Assembly (NCBI RefSeq): GCF_051307035.1 | Contig: NZ_CP195536.1 | Location: 600,001-632,000, forward strand | Direction of reading: 5' to 3' | DNA: 32,000 bases | Origin: Psychrobacter sp. DM4 | GTDB taxonomy: Bacteria; Pseudomonadota; Gammaproteobacteria; Pseudomonadales; Moraxellaceae | Notes under the pieces: generated by a model | Told to the model about the DNA's origin: nothing | Databases searched by the model: none | What the model saw: only the letters and a program-made list of their open reading frames with translations | Shown here: positions 15,549 through 25,230 of the stretch, piece after piece | How positions within the stretch are numbered: position 1 is the stretch's first letter | How the letters are laid out: the number at the start of each line of letters is the position of its first letter | Translations under genes and position numbers: made by a program

Positions 15549-17165
15549 TCACTCTTTTTTAAATTCTGCGATAGCCAGTTGCCGCGCTTCTTTGTGATTG
15601 ACCATAGGAGCAGGGTAATCAATGTTGGCAAAGTCGCCACCTTTGGTCAGCGCTTTACGCAGTTTATTCTCATCATGCAATATGCTGGCGGGGATGTCTT
15701 TGAGCTCAGGTAGCCAAGTTTTAATAAACAGGGCTTTTGAGTCATGACTCTTGGCTTGGCTGAACGGGTTCATAATACGAAAGTAGGGCGCAGAGTCCGT
15801 ACCTGTCGAGGCGCTCCATTGCCAGCCGCCATTATTGGAGGCAAAATCACCATCTATAAGTTGACTCATAAAGTAGCGCTCACCCCAGCGCCAATCTATC
15901 AATAAATCTTTGGTCAAAAACATCGCTGTGACCATACGCAAGCGATTATGCATAAAGCCATTAGTATTTAAGCTGCGTATCGCGGCATCAACCAAAGGCA
16001 CGCCTGTTTTACCGGTGTACCATGCCTCAAAATCTTCTTCGTTATAAGACCAATTAATCTTGATATCAGTCTCTTCTTTATAAGCTTTATGGCGTATCAG
16101 TTCAGGTTTGACCGTCAATACATGACGATAAAAGTCACGCCACGCCAGCTCGCTAATCCAGCGATTGATATCCTCATTACCACTAGCATTGTCGCCATCA
16201 TTGCCATGTAGTTCTTCTTGCGCTTGCACCGCTTGTAGATAGCACGCTCTTGGACTGATGCTACCAATAGTCAGATAGGCAGACATATGGCTGGTGCCTT
16301 GCAAGATAGGTTTATCACGGCTGACATTGTAGTCATTGATATCATCGCCTGTAAACTGCGTTAAGCGCTTACATGCCGCGTCTTCACCAGCGGGGTAGTG
16401 CTCGCGCGCTTGCTCTAATTGCGTATCATAATCAATATGCTGATAGTTTTCGTCCAAAGACGCTTGATAGTCTTTGACAACTTGATGGCTTAGTTTTTCA
16501 ATATCTTTGAGCGTGCTTGCGCTGTTACTGACTGACTTTAATTCAATCAGTGCATCAGTGGCCTTATTATTGTTTTTTACCCGTACCGCGTCATGATTCT
16601 CTAGCTGACTGACTTCTAGCGTGTGTCGCCACTTTTTATAAAACGGCGAAAACACTTTGTACATCGTGTCGTTGTCATTAGTCGTAATACTTTGCGGCGG
16701 CAAAATACACTGATCATGATGACGTATAAACTTGATATTTTGCTTGCCAAGATGCTCAGTTAACGCCTTATCGCGATCGATCTCACGCCCTTCGTACTCG
16801 TGATTGGCCATCACGCAGCTGATATGCTGTTGTTCACACAGCTCGGTAATGGCGTCGATACTGTCATCGAACTGCGCACAGACGTAGACCTGAAGAGTGA
16901 TGTTGAGCGTCTCTTTCAAACTATGAGCCAAAATAGGTAAAGTACGAGCGATATGATCGACTTGCGTAAGCGACATATCATGAGTGTGCCACTGCTTTGG
17001 CGTATAAAAATAGACGGCGGTTACTGACGCATCATTATCATGGGCCTGCTCACATAGCGCAGCTAGTGCGGTGTTATCATGTATGCGCAGATCTCGGCGA
17101 AACCACATCAAATAATGCGGCGCGCGCACGTTGTCCGTATCTGACTTCTTGTCATTGTTCGCCAT
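15549..17165 (-). CDS. phrB: Deoxyribodipyrimidine photolyase (class I CPD photolyase/cryptochrome family)
   Basis: FAD-binding domain motifs LAWRDFYRH, TGVPLVDAAIRSLNTNGFMHNRLRM and DGDFASNNGGWQW. Confidence 0.9.
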   Translation of the reverse strand: MANNDKKSDTDNVRAPHYLMWFRRDLRIHDNTALAALCEQAHDNDASVTAVYFYTPKQWHTHDMSLTQVDHIARTLPILAHSLKETLNITLQVYVCAQFDDSIDAITELCEQQHISCVMANHEYEGREIDRDKALTEHLGKQNIKFIRHHDQCILPPQSITTNDNDTMYKVFSPFYKKWRHTLEVSQLENHDAVRVKNNNKATDALIELKSVSNSASTLKDIEKLSHQVVKDYQASLDENYQHIDYDTQLEQAREHYPAGEDAACKRLTQFTGDDINDYNVSRDKPILQGTSHMSAYLTIGSISPRACYLQAVQAQEELHGNDGDNASGNEDINRWISELAWRDFYRHVLTVKPELIRHKAYKEETDIKINWSYNEEDFEAWYTGKTGVPLVDAAIRSLNTNGFMHNRLRMVTAMFLTKDLLIDWRWGERYFMSQLIDGDFASNNGGWQWSASTGTDSAPYFRIMNPFSQAKSHDSKALFIKTWLPELKDIPASILHDENKLRKALTKGGDFANIDYPAPMVNHKEARQLAIAEFKKE

Positions 17166-17350
17166 TCACCTATCCTTATCTCAATCATAAACAAAACGAA
17201 TAATAAAAGTATGCTAGGATAAGTTTTTGGATGCAATTGATTTGCCTACCAAGTAACAAATCATCATCATATCTTTTGATAACTTCTTTTATGATAAATT
17301 TCTATTTCGCGCCTCCCAATTGACTCCATTTAGTGTTTAAAGGTTATCTC

Positions 17351-18010
17351 ATGCATGTTAAGTTTTGCGGATTTACTCGTCTTGATGATATCCATACAGC
17401 AATAGAGTTGGGTGTGGATGCCATAGGTCTAGTGTTCTATCCGCCAAGTCCACGTGCGCTGACCATAGCTGAAGCGCAGGCATTAACTAGCGCTATTCCT
17501 GCTTTTGTTAGTGTGGTCGCTTTGGTCGTCAATATGTCAAATGACCAGCTAATCGAGTTAGCTGACAACGTAGGTTTCGATGTTATTCAGTTCCACGGCG
17601 ATGAGAGCGCCAAGCAGTGTCAAATGCTCGCCGCTAGTGTCAACAAGCGCTGGATAAAAGCCTTGCGTATCAATACTGAAGAAGATACACCCACTAGCGT
17701 AAAATCTCAGATTGACAATTTTTCTGATGCTGGCGCAAGTAGTATATTGCTCGACGCTTATCATAAAGAAAAATACGGCGGTACAGGCGCGCGCTTTGAT
17801 TGGAGCTTGATACCCAAAGATAGCACGCTACCAATTATCTTAGCAGGTGGACTCGATGCTAAAAACGTCGCCTCTACGCTTGATCTCCCTATTTATGCTT
17901 TAGATGTCAGCGGCGGTATTGAGCAGGACAAAGGCGTTAAGGATAATGCAAAAATGCGTGCATTTATGAAAGCGGTTAAGCGTGAACGATGGCAAAACGA
18001 GACGCCCTAA
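17351..18010 (+). CDS. trpF: Phosphoribosylanthranilate isomerase
   Basis: MHVKFCGFTRLDD..., QFHGDE and ILAGGL are typical of PRAI. The ATG at 17351 is preferred over the GTG at 17333 given in the track. Confidence 0.85.
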   Translation: MHVKFCGFTRLDDIHTAIELGVDAIGLVFYPPSPRALTIAEAQALTSAIPAFVSVVALVVNMSNDQLIELADNVGFDVIQFHGDESAKQCQMLAASVNKRWIKALRINTEEDTPTSVKSQIDNFSDAGASSILLDAYHKEKYGGTGARFDWSLIPKDSTLPIILAGGLDAKNVASTLDLPIYALDVSGGIEQDKGVKDNAKMRAFMKAVKRERWQNETP

Positions 18011-18096
18011 GCGAACTCTAAAATATCAGTAATTATCCTGATGACAATACCAACCCTATCTATCCTAAAAACATTCCATATTAAGTAGGAACTATC

Positions 18097-19359
18097 ATGA
18101 GTCAGCTCGCCAATAAAGACACCTCTACCATCAACACTTTCGCCAATCCAGAAGATGTACAAGATTTTAATCAATATCCAGATGCACGCGGGCATTTTGG
18201 CGTACACGGGGGACGTTTTGTCTCTGAGACGTTAATGGCAGCGCTTGAAGAACTCGAAACGCTATACACTAAAGTAAAAGCTGATCCGGCGTTTTGGGAG
18301 GAATATCACAATGACTTGGTCAATTATGTCGGTCGTCCTACGCCGCTATATCATGCCAAGCGTTTGAGCGATGAGATTGGCGGAGCACAGATTTACTTTA
18401 AACGTGAAGACCTAAATCATACGGGCGCGCACAAAGTCAATAACACCATCGGGCAGGCGCTCCTTGCCAAAATGTGTGGTAAAAAACGCATTATCGCTGA
18501 GACCGGCGCAGGTCAACACGGCGTGGCAACGGCGACCATTGCCGCGCGTTTGGGACTTGAATGTATCGTCTATATGGGCGCAGATGACGTCGAGCGCCAA
18601 AAGATGAACGTCTATCGTATGCGTTTGCTGGGCACTACGGTTGTGCCAGTCACGTCAGGTTCACGCACGCTCAAAGATGCGATGAACGAGGCTATGCGTG
18701 ATTGGGTCACTAATGTCGATACGACCTATTACATTATTGGTACGGTCGCAGGTCCGCATCCTTATCCGCTGCTCGTACGTGATTTTCAGGCGATCATCGG
18801 TAAAGAGACACGTATTCAGCATTTGCAACAGACAGGAAAACTACCTGATGCGCTAGTGGCTTGCGTTGGTGGTGGCTCGAACGCTATTGGTCTATTCTTT
18901 GATTTCTTGAACGATACGGATGTCAAAATGTATGGTGTCGAGGCGACAGGTGACGGTATTGAATCCGGTCGTCATTCTGCGCCATTGGCTGCGGGTCGTA
19001 TTGGTGTCTTGCATGGTAACCGCACGTATCTCATGGCGGATGACGATGGTCAGATTCAAGAAACCCATTCGATCTCAGCAGGTCTCGATTACCCAGGTGT
19101 TGGCCCTGAGCACAGCTTCTTAAAAGATATGCACCGCGTAGAATATGTCGGCTGTACGGACAAAGAGGCGTTAGAGGGTTTCCATGAAGTTACGCGTAAA
19201 GAAGGCATTATCCCAGCACTTGAGACCGCTCACGCTTGCTACTATGCTTTAGAGCTTGCCAAAACAATGACGCCAGATCAAACCATCGTCGTCAATATGT
19301 CAGGTCGCGGTGATAAAGACTTGCATTCGGTGATGAGCGCCGAAGGTCTTGAGTTTTAG
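18097..19359 (+). CDS. trpB: Tryptophan synthase beta chain
   Basis: PLP-lysine motif [21 protein letters not shown] and GGGSNAIG. Confidence 0.95.
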   Translation: MSQLANKDTSTINTFANPEDVQDFNQYPDARGHFGVHGGRFVSETLMAALEELETLYTKVKADPAFWEEYHNDLVNYVGRPTPLYHAKRLSDEIGGAQIYFKREDLNHTGAHKVNNTIGQALLAKMCGKKRIIAETGAGQHGVATATIAARLGLECIVYMGADDVERQKMNVYRMRLLGTTVVPVTSGSRTLKDAMNEAMRDWVTNVDTTYYIIGTVAGPHPYPLLVRDFQAIIGKETRIQHLQQTGKLPDALVACVGGGSNAIGLFFDFLNDTDVKMYGVEATGDGIESGRHSAPLAAGRIGVLHGNRTYLMADDDGQIQETHSISAGLDYPGVGPEHSFLKDMHRVEYVGCTDKEALEGFHEVTRKEGIIPALETAHACYYALELAKTMTPDQTIVVNMSGRGDKDLHSVMSAEGLEF

Positions 19360-19383
19360 GACAAAAAAAGAGTAGGTACTAGA

Positions 19384-19413
19384 AAAAGGCTGTGAATAGC
19401 AGCCTTTTGTTTC
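19384..19413 (+). terminator. Terminator-like hairpin between trpB and trpA
   Basis: AAAAGGCTG (19384-19392) pairs with CAGCCTTTT (19400-19408), with a 7-nt loop, followed by GTTT. Confidence 0.4.
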
Positions 19414-19443
19414 GAGCAATATTGATTAATTTTAGAGACCCTT

Positions 19444-20268
19444 ATGACCCGAATTGAAAGCACCTTTGACACCCTAAAATCGCAAAATAAAAAAGCCTTA
19501 ATTCCTTATGTAATGGCAGGCGATCCTAATCCTAGCAACTTCGTTGGTTTGCTTCATGATCTCGTCAAGCACGGCGCAGATATGATCGAAGTGGGCTTGC
19601 CTTTCTCTGATCCTATGGCAGATGGGCCAACCGTTGCCTTAGCAGGCGAGCGTGCACTAGCAGCGGGTACGAGTACCCGAGAAGCACTCAAAATGGTGGG
19701 CGAGTTTCGCAAGACAGATACGCAAACGCCGATTATTTTGATGGGGTATCTTAATCCCGTTGAGATTATCGGTTATGATAGTTTCGTCGCTTTATGTGAG
19801 CTGTCAGGCGTTGATGGTATCTTGATGGTCGATCTGCCGCCAGCCGAGGCGGGGAGCTTTACTCAGCATCTAACGGACAATGCCATTAACGAGATTTTCT
19901 TGTTATCGCCGACTACCTTGGCTGAACGTCGCCAGCAAGTATTGACCCATTGCGGTGGTTATATCTACTACGTTTCACTCAAAGGCGTAACAGGTTCAGC
20001 GACCCTCAATACCGATGATGTCGCAACCCAAGTACAAGCGATTAAGGCTGAGACTGATCTACCTGTCTGCGTGGGCTTCGGTATTCGTGACGGGGCTTCA
20101 GCTAAAGCGATTGGCGCTCATGCTGATGGTATTATTGTCGGTAGCGAATTGGTACAGAACTTTGCTGATATCGATGGCAATGACGCTAGTGCCGTTGCTA
20201 CTGCTCAGCAAAAGATCATGACTAAGATGGACGAGCTACGATCAGCATTGGACAGTCTAAGCGCATAA
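19444..20268 (+). CDS. trpA: Tryptophan synthase alpha chain
   Basis: GADMIEVGLPFSDPMADGPT and GFGI motifs. 274 aa. Confidence 0.95.
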   Translation: MTRIESTFDTLKSQNKKALIPYVMAGDPNPSNFVGLLHDLVKHGADMIEVGLPFSDPMADGPTVALAGERALAAGTSTREALKMVGEFRKTDTQTPIILMGYLNPVEIIGYDSFVALCELSGVDGILMVDLPPAEAGSFTQHLTDNAINEIFLLSPTTLAERRQQVLTHCGGYIYYVSLKGVTGSATLNTDDVATQVQAIKAETDLPVCVGFGIRDGASAKAIGAHADGIIVGSELVQNFADIDGNDASAVATAQQKIMTKMDELRSALDSLSA

Positions 20269-20557
20269 ACTGCCAACTCACATTGCTAAGGCAATAGGTT
20301 AATTGGCGTTATTTGATAATTCAATGATAGCGCTTTTGGCTACTTATCGATAGCTGGGATTAGCTTTGCTAAATTTAGTTTACGTGTGTAAACTAAACCT
20401 GTACATATATTACTGCTCCGTAAAAGGTATCGTATAGCTGCCAAAGATAACTGCTAGAGCTAGGGTGCTATATAAGGGATTATCGCAACGACATTTAACA
20501 ACTAGCGACAAGCTTGTGAGTAAACTTGTCAAATAGCCTAGGATAAGGGCCAATACT

Positions 20558-21475
20558 ATGACTGATACAATAGAAAAACCAGAGGCCACTAGTAATGGCG
20601 CTAGCAAACCTAGCACTTGGTTTGACAGGCCTGTACCTGGGGTCAAGCACCAACTGACGCCCGCGTTGACTGCTATTGAAACAGAGCCGTCAACGGAATG
20701 TAGTAACTGCCACTCTAAGATTACCAATACCGCGCTCATTTTTAATTGCTACGTCTGCCCGCACTGTGAGCATCATTTGACGATGACCGCACGCGAGCGC
20801 TTACAGTGGTTTTTGGAGCAAATAGACGGTGAGCTTGGCCAAGAATTTACCGCAAAAGATCCGCTACATTTCGTCGATAGTAAACCTTATCCCAAGCGTA
20901 TGCTTGAGGCGCAAACCAAGACGGGCGAAACAGAAGCGCTAATCGTTATGTACGGCAAGCTGCGTAACATTGATGTGGTGGCTTGTGCTTTTGATTTTCG
21001 TTTTATGGGCGGCTCGATGGGGTCAGTGGTCGGCGATCGATTCGTGCAAGCGGCTGAGAAGTCATTGGCAGAGCGCAAGCCGTTAGTATGTTTTGCTGCA
21101 TCGGGCGGCGCACGTATGCAAGAGGGCTTATTGTCGCTTATGCAAATGGCACGTACGGCGGCGGCTATTGAGCGATTGCGTTTAGCAGGTATCCCTTACA
21201 TTGTTGTATTGACCAATCCTGTTTATGGCGGGGTGACGGCGTCACTTGCGATGCTAGGAGACATTCATTTGGCTGAGCCCAAAGCGATGATAGGATTTGC
21301 AGGCAAACGCGTCATTGAGCAAACGGTGCGCGAAACTTTAGAAGAGCCGTTTCAGCGTGCAGAGTTTCTGCTCGAGCACGGTGTGGTTGATGAAGTGGTA
21401 CATCGCCATCAGATGGTAGATACGATCTATCGCTTGCTGGCAAAACTTTGCCATCAGCCTAATGTTGATGCTTAA
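20558..21475 (+). CDS. accD: Acetyl-CoA carboxylase carboxyltransferase beta subunit
   Basis: N-terminal zinc ribbon CSNCHSK...CYVCPHCEHH, then MGGSMGSVVG and GGARMQEG. Confidence 0.95.
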   Translation: MTDTIEKPEATSNGASKPSTWFDRPVPGVKHQLTPALTAIETEPSTECSNCHSKITNTALIFNCYVCPHCEHHLTMTARERLQWFLEQIDGELGQEFTAKDPLHFVDSKPYPKRMLEAQTKTGETEALIVMYGKLRNIDVVACAFDFRFMGGSMGSVVGDRFVQAAEKSLAERKPLVCFAASGGARMQEGLLSLMQMARTAAAIERLRLAGIPYIVVLTNPVYGGVTASLAMLGDIHLAEPKAMIGFAGKRVIEQTVRETLEEPFQRAEFLLEHGVVDEVVHRHQMVDTIYRLLAKLCHQPNVDA

Positions 21476-21501
21476 TTTCTATTCCTGATTCGTTTGATTA
21501 C

Positions 21502-21546
21502 AAAATAGCATTTATCGTCAATGAGCGATGAGTGCTATTTTTTTAG
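21502..21546 (+). terminator. Probable rho-independent terminator after accD
   Basis: AAAATAGCA (21502-21510) pairs with TGCTATTTT (21533-21541), followed by a T-run to 21546. The loop is large (22 nt), so this is less certain. Confidence 0.45.
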
Positions 21547-21644
21547 ATTTGGTTTTTGCCAAGGGTGTTATACACTGACCCGTTCGTCGCTTGTTACTAT
21601 CACCTGTTTTCGTACTTGTTTGTCATTTTAATATAGGCTTTATC

Positions 21645-22994
21645 ATGTCTGTCTCTAGCGCATCACATTCCAGTCCAGATAGCACCGCCAGCCTCACACA
21701 GTGGCTCAACTATATGCAGCAGATTCATGTCTCAGCGATAGACATGGGACTGTCACGGGTATTGCCTGTCGCAGAATATCTAGGCGTGGTGCAATCAGCG
21801 AAAGATAATGCTTATGTGTTTACCGTTGCTGGCACCAATGGTAAAGGCTCAACGACCGCAGTAATTGCTGCGATGACTGAGACAGCTGGATACAAAACGG
21901 CACTGTATCAGTCGCCGCATTTAAGCGTGTTTAACGAGCGTGTGCGTATCAATGGCGAGATGGTCAGTGATGAGACTTTGATTAGCGCGTTTGATAGCGT
22001 TGAGCGCGCAAGATTGGCTTGCGAATTGACATTATCGTTTTTTGAGATGACGACGCTTGCGGCACTACTGATATTCGCGGAGGCTGATTGTGATGTTTGG
22101 GTCTTGGAGGTTGGATTAGGTGGACGTTTAGATGTCGTCAATATTATCGATCCAGATCTAGCGATCATTACCAATGTCAGTATCGATCATGTCGACTGGT
22201 TAGGGGACAACGTTGAGGATATTGGCCGCGAAAAGGCAGGTATCTTGCGCAAAAATATACCGCTAATCTATGGCGCTACTGAGATGCCAAATAGTGTCAG
22301 GCAGCAGATTGACGAGTATCAAGCAAAGTGTTATCAAGTTGGGCAGGACTTTAGCTATCGCGTACTTGACGATATGAGTTGGCAGTACAGCAATGCTGCG
22401 GTCACGCTTGAGCTACCGCGCCCTGCGTTATCGCTTACCAATACAGCCACTGCCTTGTCAGCTGTGCTAGCGAGCCCTTTAAAGATCGATGTTGCTGATA
22501 TAAAGCAGGCCTTGCAAAGCGTAAAGTTAGCAGGACGTTTTGATTATCGCCATATTGAAGACCGCCATTGGCTGTTTGATGTGGCACACAATGAGCAAGG
22601 GGTTGCGTTTTTGCTAATGCAATTATTACCGTTTTGGCAACAGCATCAAAATGCTCAGCTAGAAAAAATCCCTAGTGTTCAGACAGGCACGATCAAGATG
22701 CTATTTTCTATGCTTGCTGACAAGGATATTGATAAAGTAGTACAGCGCTTAACGCAAGCTGACTTGCCTTTAAGCGAGTGGTTCATCGCCGAGATTGACT
22801 ACCCTCGTGCGGCCAATACAGATCAGTTGATTGAAGTTATGACTACCTATATAGATAAAGAGGATATAAGCGCGTTTGCAAGCCTAGCGCAAGCTACAAA
22901 AGCCGTCATTGCTGGGAGTACCAATCAAGACTTGATCGTCGTTTGCGGCTCTTTTCATACCATAGGTGAAGCGCTTGCCATACTTAACCTATGA
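21645..22994 (+). CDS. folC: Bifunctional folylpolyglutamate synthase / dihydrofolate synthase
   Basis: Mur-ligase P-loop GTNGKGST, plus EVGLGGRLD. The ATG at 21645 (MSVSSASH...) is preferred over the upstream TTG in the track. Confidence 0.9.
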   Translation: MSVSSASHSSPDSTASLTQWLNYMQQIHVSAIDMGLSRVLPVAEYLGVVQSAKDNAYVFTVAGTNGKGSTTAVIAAMTETAGYKTALYQSPHLSVFNERVRINGEMVSDETLISAFDSVERARLACELTLSFFEMTTLAALLIFAEADCDVWVLEVGLGGRLDVVNIIDPDLAIITNVSIDHVDWLGDNVEDIGREKAGILRKNIPLIYGATEMPNSVRQQIDEYQAKCYQVGQDFSYRVLDDMSWQYSNAAVTLELPRPALSLTNTATALSAVLASPLKIDVADIKQALQSVKLAGRFDYRHIEDRHWLFDVAHNEQGVAFLLMQLLPFWQQHQNAQLEKIPSVQTGTIKMLFSMLADKDIDKVVQRLTQADLPLSEWFIAEIDYPRAANTDQLIEVMTTYIDKEDISAFASLAQATKAVIAGSTNQDLIVVCGSFHTIGEALAILNL

Positions 22995-23246
22995 TTCATT
23001 GTTTTTGTGTTATAAAATCGATTGAGCGTTCCCTCTGCCATGTCGCCTAGTAGCAGACAGCACCAAAAATATACTTTATACTCAGAGCATCAATAACGTG
23101 ATGTGCGCGTTGCTAGCGTAGTGAGTTACTATAGGCAGTGGTCTACTCAAAGACTGATACATAGTCATTTATATATCGTGATTTGCATTCAGACCACTAG
23201 CGACGCCAACAGATCAGACTTATAACCAACTAAGAGACGTAAACGA

Positions 23247-24488
23247 ATGAACTTTTCGAGACAAGCCTTATTGGGCATTGGAATGATTGTAGGCGGTAGC
23301 GTCATGCTATATGCAATGGTGCAGCAAGTTGGCGGTGATAATAGCCCTGAGCAAACCACCACTATTGTCGATATCGCAAACTCTGAGACAGTTGCAGCGC
23401 CAGCACCGCTCACGACCGATATCGAGACTGAAAAGCGACTCTTAGCGCAAAAACAAAGAGAGCGCGCGATGCGTGTCGCCGAACAAGAAAAGCGTGCCGA
23501 GCAGTTTTTAGCCGAACAAGAAACAGCTGAGAGTCAAGCCTTGGCAAAAGCCCGTGCTGAGAATGAGCAATATAGAGACAATATCGCTGGGGCAGCAGTT
23601 GAAGATGCAGAGCCAGAACCGAAAGAGCCAGATTCACAGTCATCGACGACGTTAGAAGCTCCAACGGTACAACCGCGGGCAGTAGCGGATACTAATGTAA
23701 GTACTTCTATAGATAGCCAAACGACTACTACAGCCCAGCAGCAAAAGGAGCTACAGGCGCAAGAAGCTGCTAGACGTGCCAAAGTGCAAGAGGTGGCTAA
23801 GCGAGTTGAAGCGCAAAAACAGGCACAAGCTGAGCGCGCAGACACTGAAGCTAAAGCTAAAAAAGAGCAAGAGCAAGCCGCTGGCCGTAAAAGACAAGCT
23901 GAAGAACAAGCCGCTGCCGAAAAGGCCAAAAGCGAGCCACCAACATCACCTACAGATTACAAAGTTAAGCGCGGTGATGGTCTCATCAAGTTGGCTCGTC
24001 AATACAACGTACCCGTTGGCGTATTGGCTCAAGCGAATGACATCTCGCCTTCGGACGCATTACAACTGGGTCAAACCCTTACCATTCCCTCCAACCGACA
24101 GATTGAACGTCTAGAGCGCGAAGCCCTTAGCGCCCAAAGATCTCGTGAAGAAAAACGTCAAAAAGAAGAATCTCTTGCCAAAAAGTCGACTGAAGCCAAG
24201 CGTGACGCGCAGCAAAAACTTCGAGAAGCTCGTCAAACCGTCAAAGAGACAGATGCTAAAGGCAGCTTTGGGGTACAAGTGGCATTAGCGGGCAACCAAA
24301 CCAAGGCTGACGAGGTTGCTAAAAGGTTTAAGTCTGCAGGATACCAAGTCAAAACGAGCGCGACCAGTCGAGGTGTCCGCGTCGTCGTCGGTCCCGAGCG
24401 CGGCAAGATTGCCGCATTGGCGCTAAAAGATAAGGTCAATAGTGATCCTAAGGTCGATACGACTGGTGCTTGGGTTCTGTATTGGTAA
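23247..24488 (+). CDS. Membrane-anchored LysM + SPOR domain protein (DedD-like position after folC)
   Basis: N-terminal TM, then a long Ala/Glu/Lys/Gln coiled-coil-like region. LysM segment is YKVKRGDGLIKLARQYNVPVGVLAQANDI...LTIP. C-terminal SPOR-like segment is FGVQVALAGNQTKADEVAKRFKSAGY...VRVVVGP. Confidence 0.75.
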   Translation: MNFSRQALLGIGMIVGGSVMLYAMVQQVGGDNSPEQTTTIVDIANSETVAAPAPLTTDIETEKRLLAQKQRERAMRVAEQEKRAEQFLAEQETAESQALAKARAENEQYRDNIAGAAVEDAEPEPKEPDSQSSTTLEAPTVQPRAVADTNVSTSIDSQTTTTAQQQKELQAQEAARRAKVQEVAKRVEAQKQAQAERADTEAKAKKEQEQAAGRKRQAEEQAAAEKAKSEPPTSPTDYKVKRGDGLIKLARQYNVPVGVLAQANDISPSDALQLGQTLTIPSNRQIERLEREALSAQRSREEKRQKEESLAKKSTEAKRDAQQKLREARQTVKETDAKGSFGVQVALAGNQTKADEVAKRFKSAGYQVKTSATSRGVRVVVGPERGKIAALALKDKVNSDPKVDTTGAWVLYW

Positions 24489-24520
24489 ACTAAAAGGTTC
24501 AGAGTATAAAGGTTTATTGT

Positions 24521-24555
24521 AAGACACGACAATGATTGTCGTGTCTTTTGTTTTG
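24521..24555 (+). terminator. Rho-independent terminator after the LysM/SPOR gene
   Basis: A 12-bp perfect stem AAGACACGACAA/TTGTCGTGTCTT with loop TGA, followed by TTTTGTTTT. Confidence 0.85.
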
Positions 24556-24683
24556 TGAATTGCTGATTGCGGTCAGCTTAGCTACGATAGCAGTATAGTC
24601 TGATTGTACTGTCATATTTGTTTTTGTATGACTAATTGGCCCGTAAAGGCTGCTTAGTCTTTAGTTATTTATAAGGTAAAACC

Positions 24684-25214
24684 ATGTCATTTGGCGTTAT
24701 ATTTTTGCTCTCAGCAGTCGGGTTTTTGGGACTGATAATAGTCATCAGACAGCAGTCAGTTGTAAAAAGAGCAGACCCTGAGCCGCAGCCTGTTCGTGGT
24801 GATGATCTGGCTATCTGGCCCTTTGCGCCTATTCCCATCATGACAGATACTGAGGTTGTCTTCTTTAACAAGCTCAAAAACGCCCTACCTGAATATCATA
24901 TTTTTGTACAAGTGCAGCTGTCACGCATTATCGAGTCTAATAGCGAGGAAACTGGCGAGCGCAGTTTTTGGTTCAATCGTATTTGTCGCCAAAGTGTGGA
25001 TTATGTCATCACAGATATCGATATGCAGACGACGCTTGTCGCTATAGAGCTCGATGACTGGACTCACAATAGTAAAGCGCGGCAAAAGGCAGACGACAAA
25101 AAGGACAAGGCGCTCGCCAGCGCTGGTATTGCTATTGTACGCTTCCATGCTGAGCGTATGCCTAGCGCTGATCTGCTCAGGTATGAGTTGATGCAAGTAA
25201 TTGAGACTTATTAG
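24684..25214 (+). CDS. DUF2726-like protein (endonuclease-fold domain with N-terminal TM)
   Basis: TM segment VIFLLSAVGFLGLIIVI. The segment SVDYVITD...VAIELDDWTHNS...DKALASAGIAIVRF resembles the DUF2726/Vsr-like pattern as I recall it. Confidence 0.6.
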   Translation: MSFGVIFLLSAVGFLGLIIVIRQQSVVKRADPEPQPVRGDDLAIWPFAPIPIMTDTEVVFFNKLKNALPEYHIFVQVQLSRIIESNSEETGERSFWFNRICRQSVDYVITDIDMQTTLVAIELDDWTHNSKARQKADDKKDKALASAGIAIVRFHAERMPSADLLRYELMQVIETY

Positions 25215-25230
25215 GAAGTTTTTAGAACTC

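Noticed and set aside
20410-20739. 109-aa hydrophobic minus-strand ORF overlapping the accD start
   Set aside because: It overlaps the accD N-terminus antisense and has no SD. accD identity is secure. I cannot fully exclude a small membrane protein, but nothing supports one.
23137-23198. 8-bp inverted repeat AGTGGTCT/AGACCACT in the folC-SPOR spacer, considered as a possible sRNA or terminator
   Set aside because: The stem is short, the loop is about 46 nt and there is no T-run. This is not distinguishable from chance.
23410-23929. Minus-strand ORFs (84 aa and 131 aa, Ala/Cys/Ser-rich) inside the LysM/SPOR gene
   Set aside because: These are antisense to a low-complexity AEKQ-rich coding region. 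There are no start signals and the composition is not protein-like.
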